NCBI GenBank assembly: GCA_965235115.1
Contig: OZ249436.1
Location: forward strand, 54,314,001-54,378,000
Length of the DNA: 64,000 bases
Reading direction: 5' to 3'
Source of the DNA: Laetmonice hystrix
Lineage: Eukaryota
The position numbers were made by a program, and so were the translations under genes. The notes under the pieces are model-generated. The model was not told the origin of the DNA. It made no database searches and was given only the letters and a program-made list of their open reading frames with translations. Below are positions 15,334 to 28,760 of the stretch, piece by piece. Numbering within the stretch: position 1 is the stretch's first letter; every line of letters begins with the position of its first letter.

Positions 15334-17182
15334 TAGATTGGCAGAAGAAAGTGGCCACAAGATAAGAGTCGTTTTTGCCTATTGGCCACTTTGACTCTCT
15401 CAGTTGGGTAATTCTGCCCGTATATTTACAGAAAGGAGCTAGTTAATCCGTGCCGCGAACCTCATGCTGGGGTCTTTTGTCGTCATAACTACAATTATCC
15501 GACTAAAGTTAACGACGACTTATTCTGGGTCACTCCTCGTGGTGAAGGTTGTATTTACATGGCGGGGGTAGCCACGAACCATCAGTGACTGGATTTAATA
15601 GTAATCTTAATACGCAGCAGAACATCATACCAGTTCCTCTTCCAAATCCGGTTAAAATGAAATATGATGCTGCCTGTCTTTTACTGATCGCATCATACCA
15701 TGAAGTGACCCATTAATTTATCAGCTGGTGAGACTCTTGGAGTTATGATACCGGTTCACGCTGGTAACTGCGAGGGACTGAGATTATAGCACACCCACGT
15801 GTCGCCCCCAGGGCTCGGTAACTGGGCTGTCTCGGTGCCGTCAAGGTTCCCTACTGTTTGTCACAATACGCTGGTGGCCGGGGAGGGAGTCAGCAAGCCA
15901 TGGTTAAAATGGAGTCAATTACGAATTATGCATCACTGTCCAACCAAGTATCACACATTTATATTTATCCGAGAAGCTTGCATACGAAATGTGTGGACAG
16001 AACCAATATGAAGAATAAAATTTTTAAACAAGTAATGAAATGTTTGAACCCCCTCCCCCTTCAACGAAATCTGCAAAATTGGGACCGAATTGAAGCCTAT
16101 ACAAGCTTTCAGTGGTTTCGAACCCTCATAGTTTCACCTCTATTATAACCATAGCCAACATGTAAAAAACGATGCCGCCTGAATGGAATACTGTTTAATT
16201 TTATCACGTGGCAGCTGGGATGAGATGGCTCGTCTGTGCCTTCCTAAAATGGGTCATCATGCAGGATCGAGTGGCCTAGATATGGAAAGAATCAATAGTA
16301 GGCCTCCACAGTACGTGTGACTGTCACGTACGGGCGAGGGACAAATCCGGCTCTCTGAATCTCTGGGCATTCTTTTTATTTTTTAACTTCAAATTTCTAA
16401 AGACTTTTAAGGTCTTAAGTTCTTCTCATGCAACGACTTTCAATGAATCTCAGGGAGCGTACGACCCTTGGGGTTGTCACAAGTATATGAGAGTTAATTT
16501 GATTTGCGCCCACAGGAGTCACAACCACATGTGACTCGATCGTGACGACATTGTTAAGGGAGGTCGGTATGCGGACTCCCACTGCCGGCCATGACAACGT
16601 ACGTTGGCATGGCTTACCACAGACCGACATATAATGGTCTAACATACCACCCACCCACCTCCACATTGTATTCACAGGGACCACAGCCCTTGCCAGGAAA
16701 CCCACGCCTTTACGAAAGGCCTTAGACATGTAGTTCTCCGCGTATAGGGTCGTGCCTCCGGGTAGAAGTTGCTGCAGTGGTCTTTACCTCGGAATTCGAA
16801 CCCCCTTCTTGCCTCATGTTAGAAATATCGTCAGCTACTTGCTGCAAGATCAGCGCTTTTCTTCGGATACTCCGGTGTAAATGACCCTGGTTATTCCCAA
16901 GACTCAACTCCAGTGAGTCATGGCGTGGAGCTGGCATGCCTAATCTAGCACCGACACCCACAGTTCCCAATCACTGGATTAAACAGGAGTGAGACATGCC
17001 ACATCTGACAGCCTGCGTGGTTAAAATAAGCCTGGCGATTTTATAACCCATTATCAGCAAAGTGACAGAAAAAGAAAACTGGCTGCTTCTATAAATTCTT
17101 CAGCTAGCTCAGCTGCGATTTATTAATTATCAATGGACAAGGCATGCAGTTCCAAAATGGTTGAGCTAGGACTGGAGAGCAG

Positions 17183-17335
17183 GGGCCCGTCTTACTAAGG
17201 TCCGGTTATTAACGATATCGTTAAGTTATTATAGAAGTGAATGGGAGGCCACTAGTTAATAACCAGTCGGACTCTCATTGGCTCCTATGTAATTTAACGA
17301 TATCGTTAATAACCAGACCTTAGTAAGACGGGCCC
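17183..17335. mobile_element. Harbinger/PIF-type palindromic MITE
   Basis: GGGCCCGTCTTACTAAGGTC..GTTATTAACGATATCGTTAA arms with a 3-bp CAG TSD. Confidence 0.8.
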
Positions 17336-18003
17336 CAGGACTCTAACACATTGAGCACCTCACAGCCCATTAATTCAGACTAGACCTCAAAAGGGCGTTC
17401 AGGCGCATCTAGTCTCAATGGGGTACGTATAACATTACAACTGGGGTATATCTCACGTCCGTGGCACCCTTTCATTCCTCATAAGTCAAGACGTGAATTC
17501 GCTCTCTCAATTTCTGGTCAGGCTACGTTTCTGATACTCTCATATACTCCGAACAACATCAATGACATTCTGTAAGGATACAAAGGTCGCGGGTCACCAA
17601 TGTCTGTTTCCAGTAACCAGCCCATAATTAGGTCATGCCGTGAGTGAATCTACCAATTACCACGCAGTGAGGGAGAGGCGGATAGGGAATGCCAGGCCTG
17701 ACCTGTTCCTCTACCCTCAGGTAGGAGTTGACTGACCAACTCCAACCTTTTGCTAATCACGGCAACACTGACCTTCACTATAGGACTTCATCAAAGGGAT
17801 CCCATTTATCATGTGGTCAGAATTCTGAACAGTCAACACTTTATCCCAACTTCCTGTTAAGCAACATTGCTGACGGCAACTAACGACCACGATTTAAAGT
17901 CAGCATTTTACAGGCCTTGGGCTGCCTGTGTGTACAGGTGGTATGTGTGCATTATTTTATACATGTGAGAAGTTGTCATTCCGGGCTTATACCGGTGTGA
18001 TAC

Positions 18004-18123
18004 AACATGGGCGGTCTTGGGCAGGTCCCCAGGTAACATGGGAGGTCTTGGGCAGGTCCCCAGGTAACATGGGCGGTCTTGGGCAGGTCCCCAGGTAACA
18101 CGGGAGGTCTTGGGCAGGTCCCC
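18004..18123. repeat. 31-bp minisatellite, ~4 copies
   Basis: Unit AACATGGGCGGTCTTGGGCAGGTCCCCAGGT. Confidence 0.95.
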
Positions 18124-18809
18124 GCCTGGGTCTGCTCTCCGTGCCCCTAAAATGAGCCAGTATTCGTTATCTGATGTGCTGAAGCTGACGCAGACATTTT
18201 GGCTGCCAAGTATTCTATATCCAGGACCATCATAGCGACAAGATGCACCATCTTGGTACCCGTATACAGGTGGCTGTCAGACGGCAGGGCAGATGGTGAT
18301 GCAGCTGGCGACACAGCTGGATCACCATACTAGCGTACATGCCTCAGCCACAAGGTACCCCTTCAGGCTTCCTGTGCCATTCATGACTCTCACTACACGG
18401 AACATATAACCGTAGTACAGGTAAATATGAGGCCAGACTCCTTCCACCACAAACTGGGGCCCATTCCGTATACCCTCTGGAATAAATAACGATTCTCCAC
18501 TCCCCATTGCTAATAATCAGACCATTTCTCAACCTAACCGTCCTGTACTTGTAACTGTTCAGTGGTCGCGCCTCATGGATAACTGTATTTAATTGAAGGG
18601 GTAAACTCCGTTAATACAATACAGAGCGGGTGGTCGATATGAATGGCTACTGCGACCTGATGCAGAGGGGGGTCACGCATGGCGGTACATTCCCACAACA
18701 CCTGTCATTCAGGTCTCAACATGTCAGACACCTGCCCCACACCGTGCCAGCCTGCACCCACAGCGTGGGACTATCGACAAGGCTAATACGCATGTCTACT
18801 GGCAGGGAC

Positions 18810-19264
18810 TTGTGTGATATTGAGAACAGACGCCTAGAAAACGGACCTCGACGGACCCAGTGTCCATATTCAATAGGCAATATGCACCCGGGGACCATAT
18901 TCCATTATGGAAAATGGAACAAGGATTGGACTTTCCATTTTTGTTATCTTTTATGTACAATGACCCCCCGCCCCCTCCCCTCACCAACCACGTGTTCGGC
19001 TCGTATCTGCTTGTTAAAACATGTGGCGGAATATCGACCCCAAACAACTCTTTCTGTTATATTTCCTTACATACCTCATTTTCAGGTCTATTTCCAATAG
19101 CTGTCTATGCTATAAAGCAGCATAATGTGGAATGTGACCACTAAGCCATCTGTTTTCAAAAATATTGTACAATATTTCATAATTTCAAAAGAGACAATGA
19201 GGACAGTGGATTTTGACGACAGGTCCATTTTCAATCGGGGGGTCCATTTTCAATCCCACACCGG
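18810..19264. mobile_element. Decayed MITE with GGTCCATTTTCAAT sub-repeats ending CACACCGG
   Basis: Tandem GGTCCATTTTCAAT at the right end, with degenerate inverted copies (ATTGAGAACAGAC, GAAAACGGACC) at the left. Confidence 0.4.
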
Positions 19265-20066
19265 TAGAATCATGATCTAAGAACTTCACCAGCCTCCGCA
19301 AACACGTACCGTAAATACCCGCATATGGCCCCATCTTCAAATAAGGCAAAGTGCCCTTTCAATGGCACAACTAGATCCTACAAAGGCAGTGGCACTCAAG
19401 TCCAAAGTAATAGGGAACGGGCATACAATATCCTTGGTATTATTATGATGTGTATATCACTTAGGTATATTAAAGGGTCTACCAGGAGGAAACAGAGCAG
19501 GCCACCTGTAGTTATGGGGTATTTACAGGACTATACACGTACAGCAACATTCGGCCACGCATGACTGGCAAGTACAGCTCGACATTTCGGTTCTTATATA
19601 GCTGTACTCTAAAAGGCCATTCCGAAATGTCAAATGCCACTGGCCTGCACGAACTTTTCTTTTACACTTGGGCCCCACAAAATTGTGTTCCCGTATGCTG
19701 CCCGCATCCAGACAGCAGTTTTTGGTACTTCAGTATGATGCATGGCTTTACCACGTGCTTTATAAGGGTAGTCCACTTTCTTACCGCAACCATACCGCCA
19801 CGTGACCAACACGTTTTGGAGCTGATCCAACCTTTTTGGACAGTTTTAGAGCTCAGGCAGGCTTGGATTCTGTACGGACCGATGATCACGTGACCATCAC
19901 ATGACCAAAAGTAGCGCTCTCATTGGTTGATCAGACAGAGGTTTGTGACTGGCACCACCGGCATACCGACACATTGCCGCTGCACTGGATCCACCAGCGG
20001 TAGACTCAAACAATGTTTGACTTTTTAAAACTTCGGATTAGTGCTTCATGTCCAAGGAGAATCCTG

Positions 20067-20276
20067 GGGCCCGTTTCACTAACGGTGACATCCCCGCGAC
20101 ATTCCCAATTTGGGGACATCCCCACTCAAAGTGTGCCACTAACATGTCCCTCCCTGCTGACATCCCCAATCAGGCAATGTTCATTTCAAGGACATTTTAG
20201 TGAAACGGGATGTCTCTGAATCGTAGATGTCCCCACCTGATGGGGATGTCCAGTCCACGCTTAGTGAAACGGGTCC
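20067..20276. mobile_element. Harbinger/PIF-type MITE
   Basis: GGGCCCGTTTCACTAA / TTAGTGAAACGGGTCC TIRs, CWG flanks and internal GACATCCCC sub-repeats. Confidence 0.75.
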
Positions 20277-20788
20277 CAGGGTCATATCGATGGGGTCATT
20301 TTGACTGGCGGGAGAACTGAGAAACCGGAATATCCGGTGAAATCACTGACCCTGCAGCAAGTGGTTTATAAGTGACGAACTTTCTCGCATATGGCACGAG
20401 GCGAAACTCGTAAATTTAAAAACTATACGGAAGTTATTACTGGTATCAAAGGAACTTATTACTAGTATCAACAGTATATACACGAGCCTGTGAAAGCTGT
20501 CTGAAATAGTTCAAGAATATTAATTGCTGTCAAGAAAACAACTTTTCCACCGAGTTCCGCTGGATCTCTTGCGGGATGGCACGTCCGTCCCGTTCTCTGT
20601 GAGAAATATTTTTAGGAGTGTACATATATCACACTGAGAATGGTACGATATCTTCTATAATTATGTAAGCGGACTTTAACTTCCTTCTCATATTATCACG
20701 ACAACGAGTAATCTTGTGTAACGAGGACACGCCATATGGAGTCATTATTATTTCTGTTACACGTTCAGCACGTGATTGGGACACTTAC

Positions 20789-21485
20789 CAAATCCTAACT
20801 CCACCTCCGAATCGTCCACCTTTTTGCGGGCGCAGAAGTCCTTATCGGCGATGTACGCGATGACGACAAGCATGGGGAAGAAGAGGAGAGTGAGTATGGC
20901 TTCCCACAGGTCGACGTAATCCGGGGTTACGGCCACCAATACGATGATTAGCCACAGGTAGGCGAACACGCAGCAGAATGCCGTCACGGCGAACACTTTG
21001 ATGGCTTTGATCCGCCGAATCTCCGGACTCGGGATGGCCACCACACACACTGCCGTAATTACCAGCAAGTTGAAGGCGGCCGAGCCGACGATTGTGCTCG
21101 GACCCAGGTCGCCGGCCACGAACCCGGCACCAACAATCTCTATTACCGACAGCAGAATCTCGGGCGCCGACGACCCGAGAGCCATCAGAGTCAGGTTGGC
21201 TACCGTGTCGTTCCATACTTTCACTTCGATCTCCTCGAACCCTGTCTCACTCTCTTGGTTGGCCACCTTAATCGTCCGCGTTCTCGACGTGATTTTCTCA
21301 ATGGAACACATGAAAACATCGGCGATGATAGCGACCCCTAGGAAGCACCAGAGGAGGCCGATTAGGTAGATGACGGCCCTGAAGTATATGTTCCATGTGA
21401 ACTCGTTGACGATGGGCAGTATGAGCCCCTTGTCCGAGCACATGTACACACTGAAGTCCGGAGTCGGACAGGCGGTCGTATTCAT
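20789..21485 (-). CDS. SLC8A: Na+/Ca2+ exchanger (SLC8/NCX family), first coding exon (TM1-5, alpha-1 repeat)
   Basis: Contains the NCX motifs VWNDTVANLTLMALGSSAPEILLS and GPSTIVGSAAFNL. The acceptor tttttgcag puts the exon start at 21563. An in-frame TAG lies upstream of the ATG at 21485. The donor G|GTAAGT is at 20789/20788 (phase 1). The ORF-track tail GKCPNHVLNV is intron read-through. Confidence 0.95.
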
Positions 21486-24400
21486 CTTGATGCTGTGGTT
21501 CACTCCACCCCTCCACAGACAGACCTCAAGTTGGCCGCTCCGCTACCGTCCGCTCACTCCTCCCTGCAAAAATAGAAACTCACATTTCAGCTACTTATCT
21601 TGGGGGGGGGCACATATATAATTGAAAATACAGTGTAGTCCACTCCATGCAAGAACAGACCTTCGGTCCCAGTACGTCCAACACGTATCTACGGGAGAAG
21701 ATTTTCCCAGAAAGACAGAGGCACCTCTAACATGACGGCAATTATCGCTATATCCTTGCAATGATGGTTGTAATGCGGCACCGGCATTCGAATACAAGGA
21801 GGAATTGGATGGAGACTGGACCTCCACGTTAGCTCTGACAGTATAAATCAACGCAGCTCTTTTATGCCCTTCCCCATGATGTCCTTTTATTGGAGAAATT
21901 CTTGTCAAATAGGATTCAAAACCTATCATTATGGACCTCGCGCCTCCCTTTTTATATTGAAAGCTGAAGTCGACCAGTGATTCCATGGCGGAATGCGCCC
22001 ATACAAAACATTCAAACTGCCGCTCAATCATTTTCTGTGACCTGTAGCTCCATTTGCAGTAAATAATTCATGATGAACATTTATCACTTAGGAAGGCGAA
22101 AGGAAGTCTTTAGAACAGGCCTCCTTACAACCGGCTCATTCCCTACACACGGCTGAATCAGGTCCATTTTGAGATGATGACATATCTATACTGGCTCCCA
22201 AGATCTGATTTGAAGATGGTATGCAGAATTAATAAGGCCTTGGGATAAACTTCCTTCATTTTATTAAACGTTCTTGTAAAGCACTATTTACACAGTTCAG
22301 TTTAATTATCTACCAGATTAGTGACGTATGGCCTAGTACAGTTCTCCTTAAGTCGGGCCACATAAGAAATGGGAGAAAATAAAGTTAATGATAATTGAGC
22401 GAATCATAATTTATATCCAGCTGAATATAGTCCTTTAACTTAACGTGTCGATTTAAGCTTTAACCTTTGAACATTTGACAACCTGACGCTGACAGACGGC
22501 AAATACATACTTACCACATCTAACTGGCGTTTCCTCCTGCTTTATAAGGCTAGTAAGAACGTAATAATATAGGACGTATACATGTAGTTTATGCGCAATG
22601 CCATCGATTTGCACCGCCTGTTTCCCAACGAATGTCTGACCTAGTTACTGAGACGTTGGCCGCAGTTACTGGTGCGGTAACAGGCTGATACTCTTTAGGT
22701 CTGTTACCGTAAACTCATCCCTAATCGCCTTGGCGATTCTACCCGACGATTTTTGAAGATTTACAACTCTGACTTTTAAGGACATGCCCCACAGACTCTG
22801 AGAAGTCGGAGTGGATATCATTATCACATACCACATATTACAGATTGGGTTCACCCCTCTACATGCAGGGTATAGTTATATCATTGCATGTGTAGTACTC
22901 CTACACATGCAAGGAAAGCGAGCTTGTGCAAGTCAAACATTTAATCCTCTGGACAAGAAAAGCAGTGATGGTATTGAGAAACAATAAGCGGATAAAGGTC
23001 AACGCTGAGTTAATTAGTAATCAAACAACAGTACGACATCTTTAGATAGCTTGTTATATAACTGCCCAGTCTGGTATAGAAGAAGGCAGGTCCACCGTCA
23101 CTCAGTCTATAGATGTGATCCCAGCTAGAACACCGTGTCAGTAAGTGCACTAGTGTACCGCCAATCGATCCCCTACTCACATCCTCATCCAAACCATCAT
23201 CTGCCCCTCTCATCGACTCACGATTAGATGGGCCAATCTCCTGTGGCTGTCACAGATCAAACATGGCATGATGTCTGGAGTGCCCCCTTCCAGACTCCGA
23301 CCCACGGCAGTACCTGCGGCTCCAGTGTCTTCACTCTCCACTGCCCTTCCCTCTGATAAAACGGATTATTAGATGCCGCTCTTCAAGCCTACTTCCTCCT
23401 CTATCTGCCACGCTTCATATATCACCCTGCTCATTTTTTATTTAAAATCTATACCGCGAACAGGCTATCAAAACTCCATGCGGCCTTCTATAATGTAACA
23501 CCTTCTTGCTTCCTCTTCTGCATTGAATTCTTCAAACAGACCATCTTGGTTGCTTGCATGAACGAGTTAACTTTCATTTCCCGCATTAATCACTTCACGC
23601 AAATTTCCTGACATCTTTGGTCAAGTTGGAACACTTCCGCGTGTGGCGGCGTCACCTACTTCCGGGCGGGGGAATGCTAACCACATCTATAGCATCCATG
23701 GCCTCCACGAGTAGGTCGTTTGTCATGTGTGAGGGCAACCTGTTGGGGAGGGGGAGGGCGGTAAACGGTGTCATTATGTACGTTCTTTCTCCATGGTAAG
23801 GGTAATTTTAATAGCTGGGTACAAATTTCTTTATGTCCACATTATAAAAACGACACTAACACACATTACCTATTCACAAAAAAGAAGAAATTAATTAAAT
23901 AAATAAATAATTAAATGTTATCACACAATAAAAGTTAAAGAATGTATCTGAATATGTACCCTAGCCTTTATAACACTGCATAGTTGTCTGCCTCTTTATC
24001 GTGGATAGTTTGCATGCAGTTTGCAGATACCAGCACGTGCTATTTGCTGCTCCGGCTACCACGACAATTCTACAGACCATGGGTTGCTATTTACCTGATT
24101 AAATATCCCTGGAACATTAAGCCTGGATCGCGGCTACAACTCCTACCATATGGCGATGCCAGCCCTGCTTATAATAGCACTACTCCAGCTGTTATCAATG
24201 ACAAGCACATGAGCAGTCGGTGGAATTAGACAATAAATCGCAAGAGATGATCTCTTCCGCCCACTTGTCTATGTGCATGTGGTGTCACATGTTCTCTGCC
24301 GTCGCAGACTTGGATCGCTCGCGCTGCCGGCGGGTCACTTGTCTCCTGACAGTCTGCAATGTAGACTTGTCATCCAGTGAGTGGTGGAGATGGTGGGAGC

Positions 24401-27400
24401 CATAGCCTGGCCTAACAAACCGGGAGGGGGTGACACCCGCAACGCTCTGTATAAACCCGAACTGGTCGGTCAGCAGTGTGCACTCAGGCATCATCGGACT
24501 GAGCCCCGTACCGAGAACCAGTCCCATTCACCGGGAAGCACAGATATGCACTTGACAAACAGGCCTTTAGAAAGATATTCTTTAAAGCGACAGTGGTAAA
24601 CGAGGAGAGATTTCAGTGAAACAGCAGATGCCAGCGACATTCCGTGTCCGACAGTTTCCATGTTATCATCGACAACGTCTGGTTTTGTGAAATGCCAGAT
24701 CCGAGGCCGTCCGATCCATCTTCGCTCCGTCTCACTCTGCCCCTCGCCCAACTTCCGCCTCCGCGCTCCCTGGCCGGGATTTCTTGCCCTGATGCTCCTC
24801 AGCGTGGCTCGCCAACGACTGCATTGCTCTTGAAATGAACTGCTTCTTCAACCAATGCGCCATCCCAAGGCGGCCATGTTTCTGGCACGGGTCTTCTAGG
24901 CGTCTACGCCACACGAGCCCCTTTTTTGAAGGAGGGGCCAAGAAGATCTACCAAATTCGTGCCAGTCCATGAAAGTTCACAGAATGAAGGAGCAATAAAT
25001 CACAAACTCTGGCAGTGCCACCTTCCCGTCTCTGCAGATTCCATCAGCGAGGCCCCTAGTCTCTGTGATCTGTGTCTGGGAGCCTGCCCAGCCTTTACAT
25101 CTAGCCAGATCAACGCTGACTCAACAACCGCCACACAGCATGACCTACAAAAGGACCGCTTAGTCTTCGTGTCTCCCGACTGTCAATCAATAAGATCAAT
25201 CATTTATTAACCTGTCGAATTCGGGTCAATGTGGAACACTTGCAGTGCCGTGCCACGATATCGACAGATGATATACAGCGGTCGAGTCTACCTAATGGCA
25301 ATGACATGAACCTCTCATGTCTGGGCAATGTCGTCACCAGGGAGCTCGACTATGTCCCTCAGTCGATGTTAGAAGATCCACCAATCCTAATGGTTTACTT
25401 GGCAATGCCAACACAGAGCAAATACCAGTATGATTATATTGGATGTCGACAAATGCAGCCGGTATCAGGTTTTCATTGCTCGTACAAAAATAATGATTTG
25501 ATCTACATGCTAATTCTGATCCTTTAAGGGGCATTATGGCTAATTGGATTCAATTAATTAAACTGCCATAAAATATGTTGGATTTTAATTGGGTTTCACT
25601 GACTTCATATTGCGAGTGCCACTCTGCGACCGGGCGACATACGGTCCGAGTTCCCACAAGAGCAATTTTTTCGATTTATTTCATGTACAATGCAACCAAA
25701 AAAGGGACACTGAATAATTCCTGACGATTGGGCCAATTTATACCACATCGGCCCAATCACCCTTTAACTTGAGTGAGACGACCTGAATGGTTGACATAAC
25801 ACACGTTATGTTGGTCACTCTGGCCTATAATTGTTGTACCCAGCTTTCAGATAGCCCCTATCACCACGGAACAGGTGCGTGGCGGTATACCACATGTACC
25901 ATACCAACTCATTACGTCTCTAAACTTGACTTGCCCATGAAAGCTCCACTGTCTGGGCGGTGAACAGTAGAACAGAGACAATGGATACACGAACACACAT
26001 ATTGCACGTGTGGTTGAGTTGTGTACGTTACTGATGACACCTATGGTCAGGTAGACATGTGCCACATCGAGTACCACAAGTTTCCGTATGCACCCTACAG
26101 TCATATATAAACCGCAGGTCATTTTGAGAGTGGAGATATAGAAATGTTTCAGATGGCAATGATAGCAAACAACGACCCCGTCGGGCGCCCACCACGTCCA
26201 AACACGGTAACGCTCGTGCATGGTTGTGCATTGTAGAGGGCCCGGTGGAAGGCCTCGATCAACACGTGCCAGGTCTATGGCTACTCCTCCCATACAAATA
26301 CATCGGAGGTGACGTGTGTGCACCCTTACTTAGTCATCCCATGCCTGAGATATCATATACCCAACCCTGATCTAGAAGCCAGGGGTGCTTTGGTGTGGGG
26401 GACCGACTCAACTAGATACAAATACTGAATTTTCAGGCGGTATGGTCGGGGTCCTATAGGCACTGCCATGTGCATTGTCTGTGTTTCTTTCCACCAAACT
26501 CGAAATGAGAACAACAGTAACACGGTTATCTTGACTGTATCGTACGTATACTATGTGCAGGGGAGCGCCCTTCTCGAACTAAATATAAACTAATACTTGC
26601 AAGGCACGTGATTCCAAGTTTTATACAAAGCACAGGAACACTGATATAAAACACATCTCTGAGCAATGACTGCGTGAACTGCCTGCCGTACTCCGCCTCC
26701 ACACAGTCTCAGTCGGTTGTATACCGAGTCTTCCCTGGCGGGGGCGGGGCCTTCCTCTCCGTCCAAACTTACAAAGCCAGAGTCGAGGGCGATGAGCAAG
26801 GCTGCAGAAATCTAGGAAATTCCAACGTGGAGGACGAAGGCAAACATTTCAGGGAATAGTTTAGTTTCATTGGATCAGATGTCTTCACACCATGCCACCA
26901 CAGAATTCAATCTGTAGTTTTCGACTTGATGTCACCTGACCAAGCCCGACTCCCCCGGGATAAAGTAATTATGAGCTAAGTACAAAAAGGAGCGAGCACT
27001 TGGGGTGTTTTCACGTTCCGCTTTAAAATCGCGGTGCTTTATTTATCTTGTAAAAGTAACACCTACACTTCTGAACCTTCTCAGAATACAACAACTTTAT
27101 AGTTCCTGCTTTTGTCAATGACCTTTCATGCCTTCTTTCTGCACACTCCTATTCTCCCACCCTTGAGTTGTTCTGTCATACGATTTTTATCACAAACATA
27201 TCTTTGTCAACCTTCCGGCGTACACATAGGTCAATTCAATTATACCAAGCTTAGGAGCCAGTGGACTTGAAACTCATTGGTTGAAAATGAGTCCAAATTA
27301 GCTTAGGCTTTTTATAACTTAACCGGGCAAAAACATTCAGACCCTTGTAGTTAAGTCTCACCGTGCAGTATCAGCAAGGGACCCTTATCATGTAGCCTGC

Positions 27401-27472
27401 TAGATGGTATCGTATTCATGTCCATATGGAAATTCCTTTAAATGGATCCTTAACATAAAAATTGCCAGATGA

Positions 27473-27750
27473 AACCGTGCACACACGTTAGATAGAACAT
27501 GCCAGCTGGAACCGTGCACACACTCATCAAACACGTTAGATAGAACATGCCAGCTGGAACCGTGCACACACTCATCAAACACGTTAGATAGAACATGCCA
27601 GCTGGAACCGTGCACACACTCATCAAACACGTTAGATAGAACATGCCAGCTGGAACCGTGCACACACTCATCAAACACGTTAGATAGAACATGCCAGCTG
27701 GAACCGTGCACACACTCATCAAACACTTAGATAGAACATGCCAGCTCGAA
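27473..27750. repeat. 48-bp minisatellite, ~5.5 copies
   Basis: Unit AACCGTGCACACACTCATCAAACACGTTAGATAGAACATGCCAGCTGG. Confidence 0.97.
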
Positions 27751-28559
27751 CTGTCCAATCAGACTCGTTGCTCGTATCCGTCCATTCCCACTTACTCTAA
27801 ATGTGCCTTTGTAATAGTTGATTTTCATGGACTGTCGAGAACAATACCTTTCCTTCTTCACAGTGATAATGTCAACATATCAATTAGGTTAACAGCCCAT
27901 GAGATGACAATTAGCAGATTACTCCTGTCTCACAACCGGCCTGATCGTCTTCGGCTTTGACTCCTAAGGCCACATTTGAATACTGGCGATTTTATATGTT
28001 AAAAGATGGGTGAGGGTGCCCATATATCTCACACCTCCACGGACCTTCATCCGGAAAAAATCTGAAGATTCTAGCTACAAGTAATTATAGGGGAATATCC
28101 CTACAAACCGAGAGCTCCGGTGACTTTCGGAGTTGAGACCCCCCCCCCCATGACTGTATGAAGCTCTGACTCTACTGAAGCCTAGACTCAGGGCACAGTG
28201 GATCAGCGTGTTGGATGCCAGCGCTCCACTTTGTGTTGGCGTGTAAAGTCACCAGCAGCAACAGCCGCAGCAGGTTCACATTCTTCCGTTTTGTCTAGCT
28301 GTATACATGAACACAGGGCGCGGATCCTTCCGCGGGAGGCTGCAGGTCAGCTTCAGGACCACACCCTCACCCCCATCCACCACCCTAACCATGCACCCCC
28401 ACCCTAACCACCACCCACCCACACAAACTGCCCTAAGACGGCATACGCCCACCCGCTATAATACACCGATGGGGTTGGCATTACTTGGCTTGTTCCCCGG
28501 ATATTGGCTTTCAGAAATACCGAGGTCATAGGAAACTTGGAAGACTTCAGTACAAAAAC

Positions 28560-28760
28560 TCGGCCTACACAAGCGGTATTCTATTATACAGTCTCTAACT
28601 GAATTGGATCTCATATCCATATCTCGTATCCCATATTTCCGAATTCTTGTATTTTTGTTTTGTAGTATGCAATGTATATTATAGAGTATACGAAGCAACC
28701 TCTTCATCTCAGTAAATGATGATCGAGCCCTCTGGACAGGTGCATTAATATTAGAAAGGA
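28560..28760 (-). pseudogene. RTE-clade LINE reverse transcriptase relic
   Basis: RARSSFTEMKRLL...NTRIR followed, after a frameshift, by GYEIW. Resembles the RTE 'ARSAF.KM...TRIR...YGCETW' segment. Confidence 0.45.

Noticed and set aside
20842..21369. Alternative-frame and antisense ORFs over the NCX exon (likewise those inside the LINE)
   Set aside because: Shadows of the codon bias of the real CDS.
22515..22537. Possible NCX 5' UTR exon before a strong GTAAGTATGT donor (minus strand)
   Set aside because: Plausible, but several similar donors exist upstream (near 31195, 33510 and 34482). Transcript data are needed to choose among them.
27400..27758. Repetitive ORFs and a CRISPR-like appearance
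   Set aside because: A pure 48-bp tandem repeat with no unique spacers and no cas genes, in a eukaryotic context.
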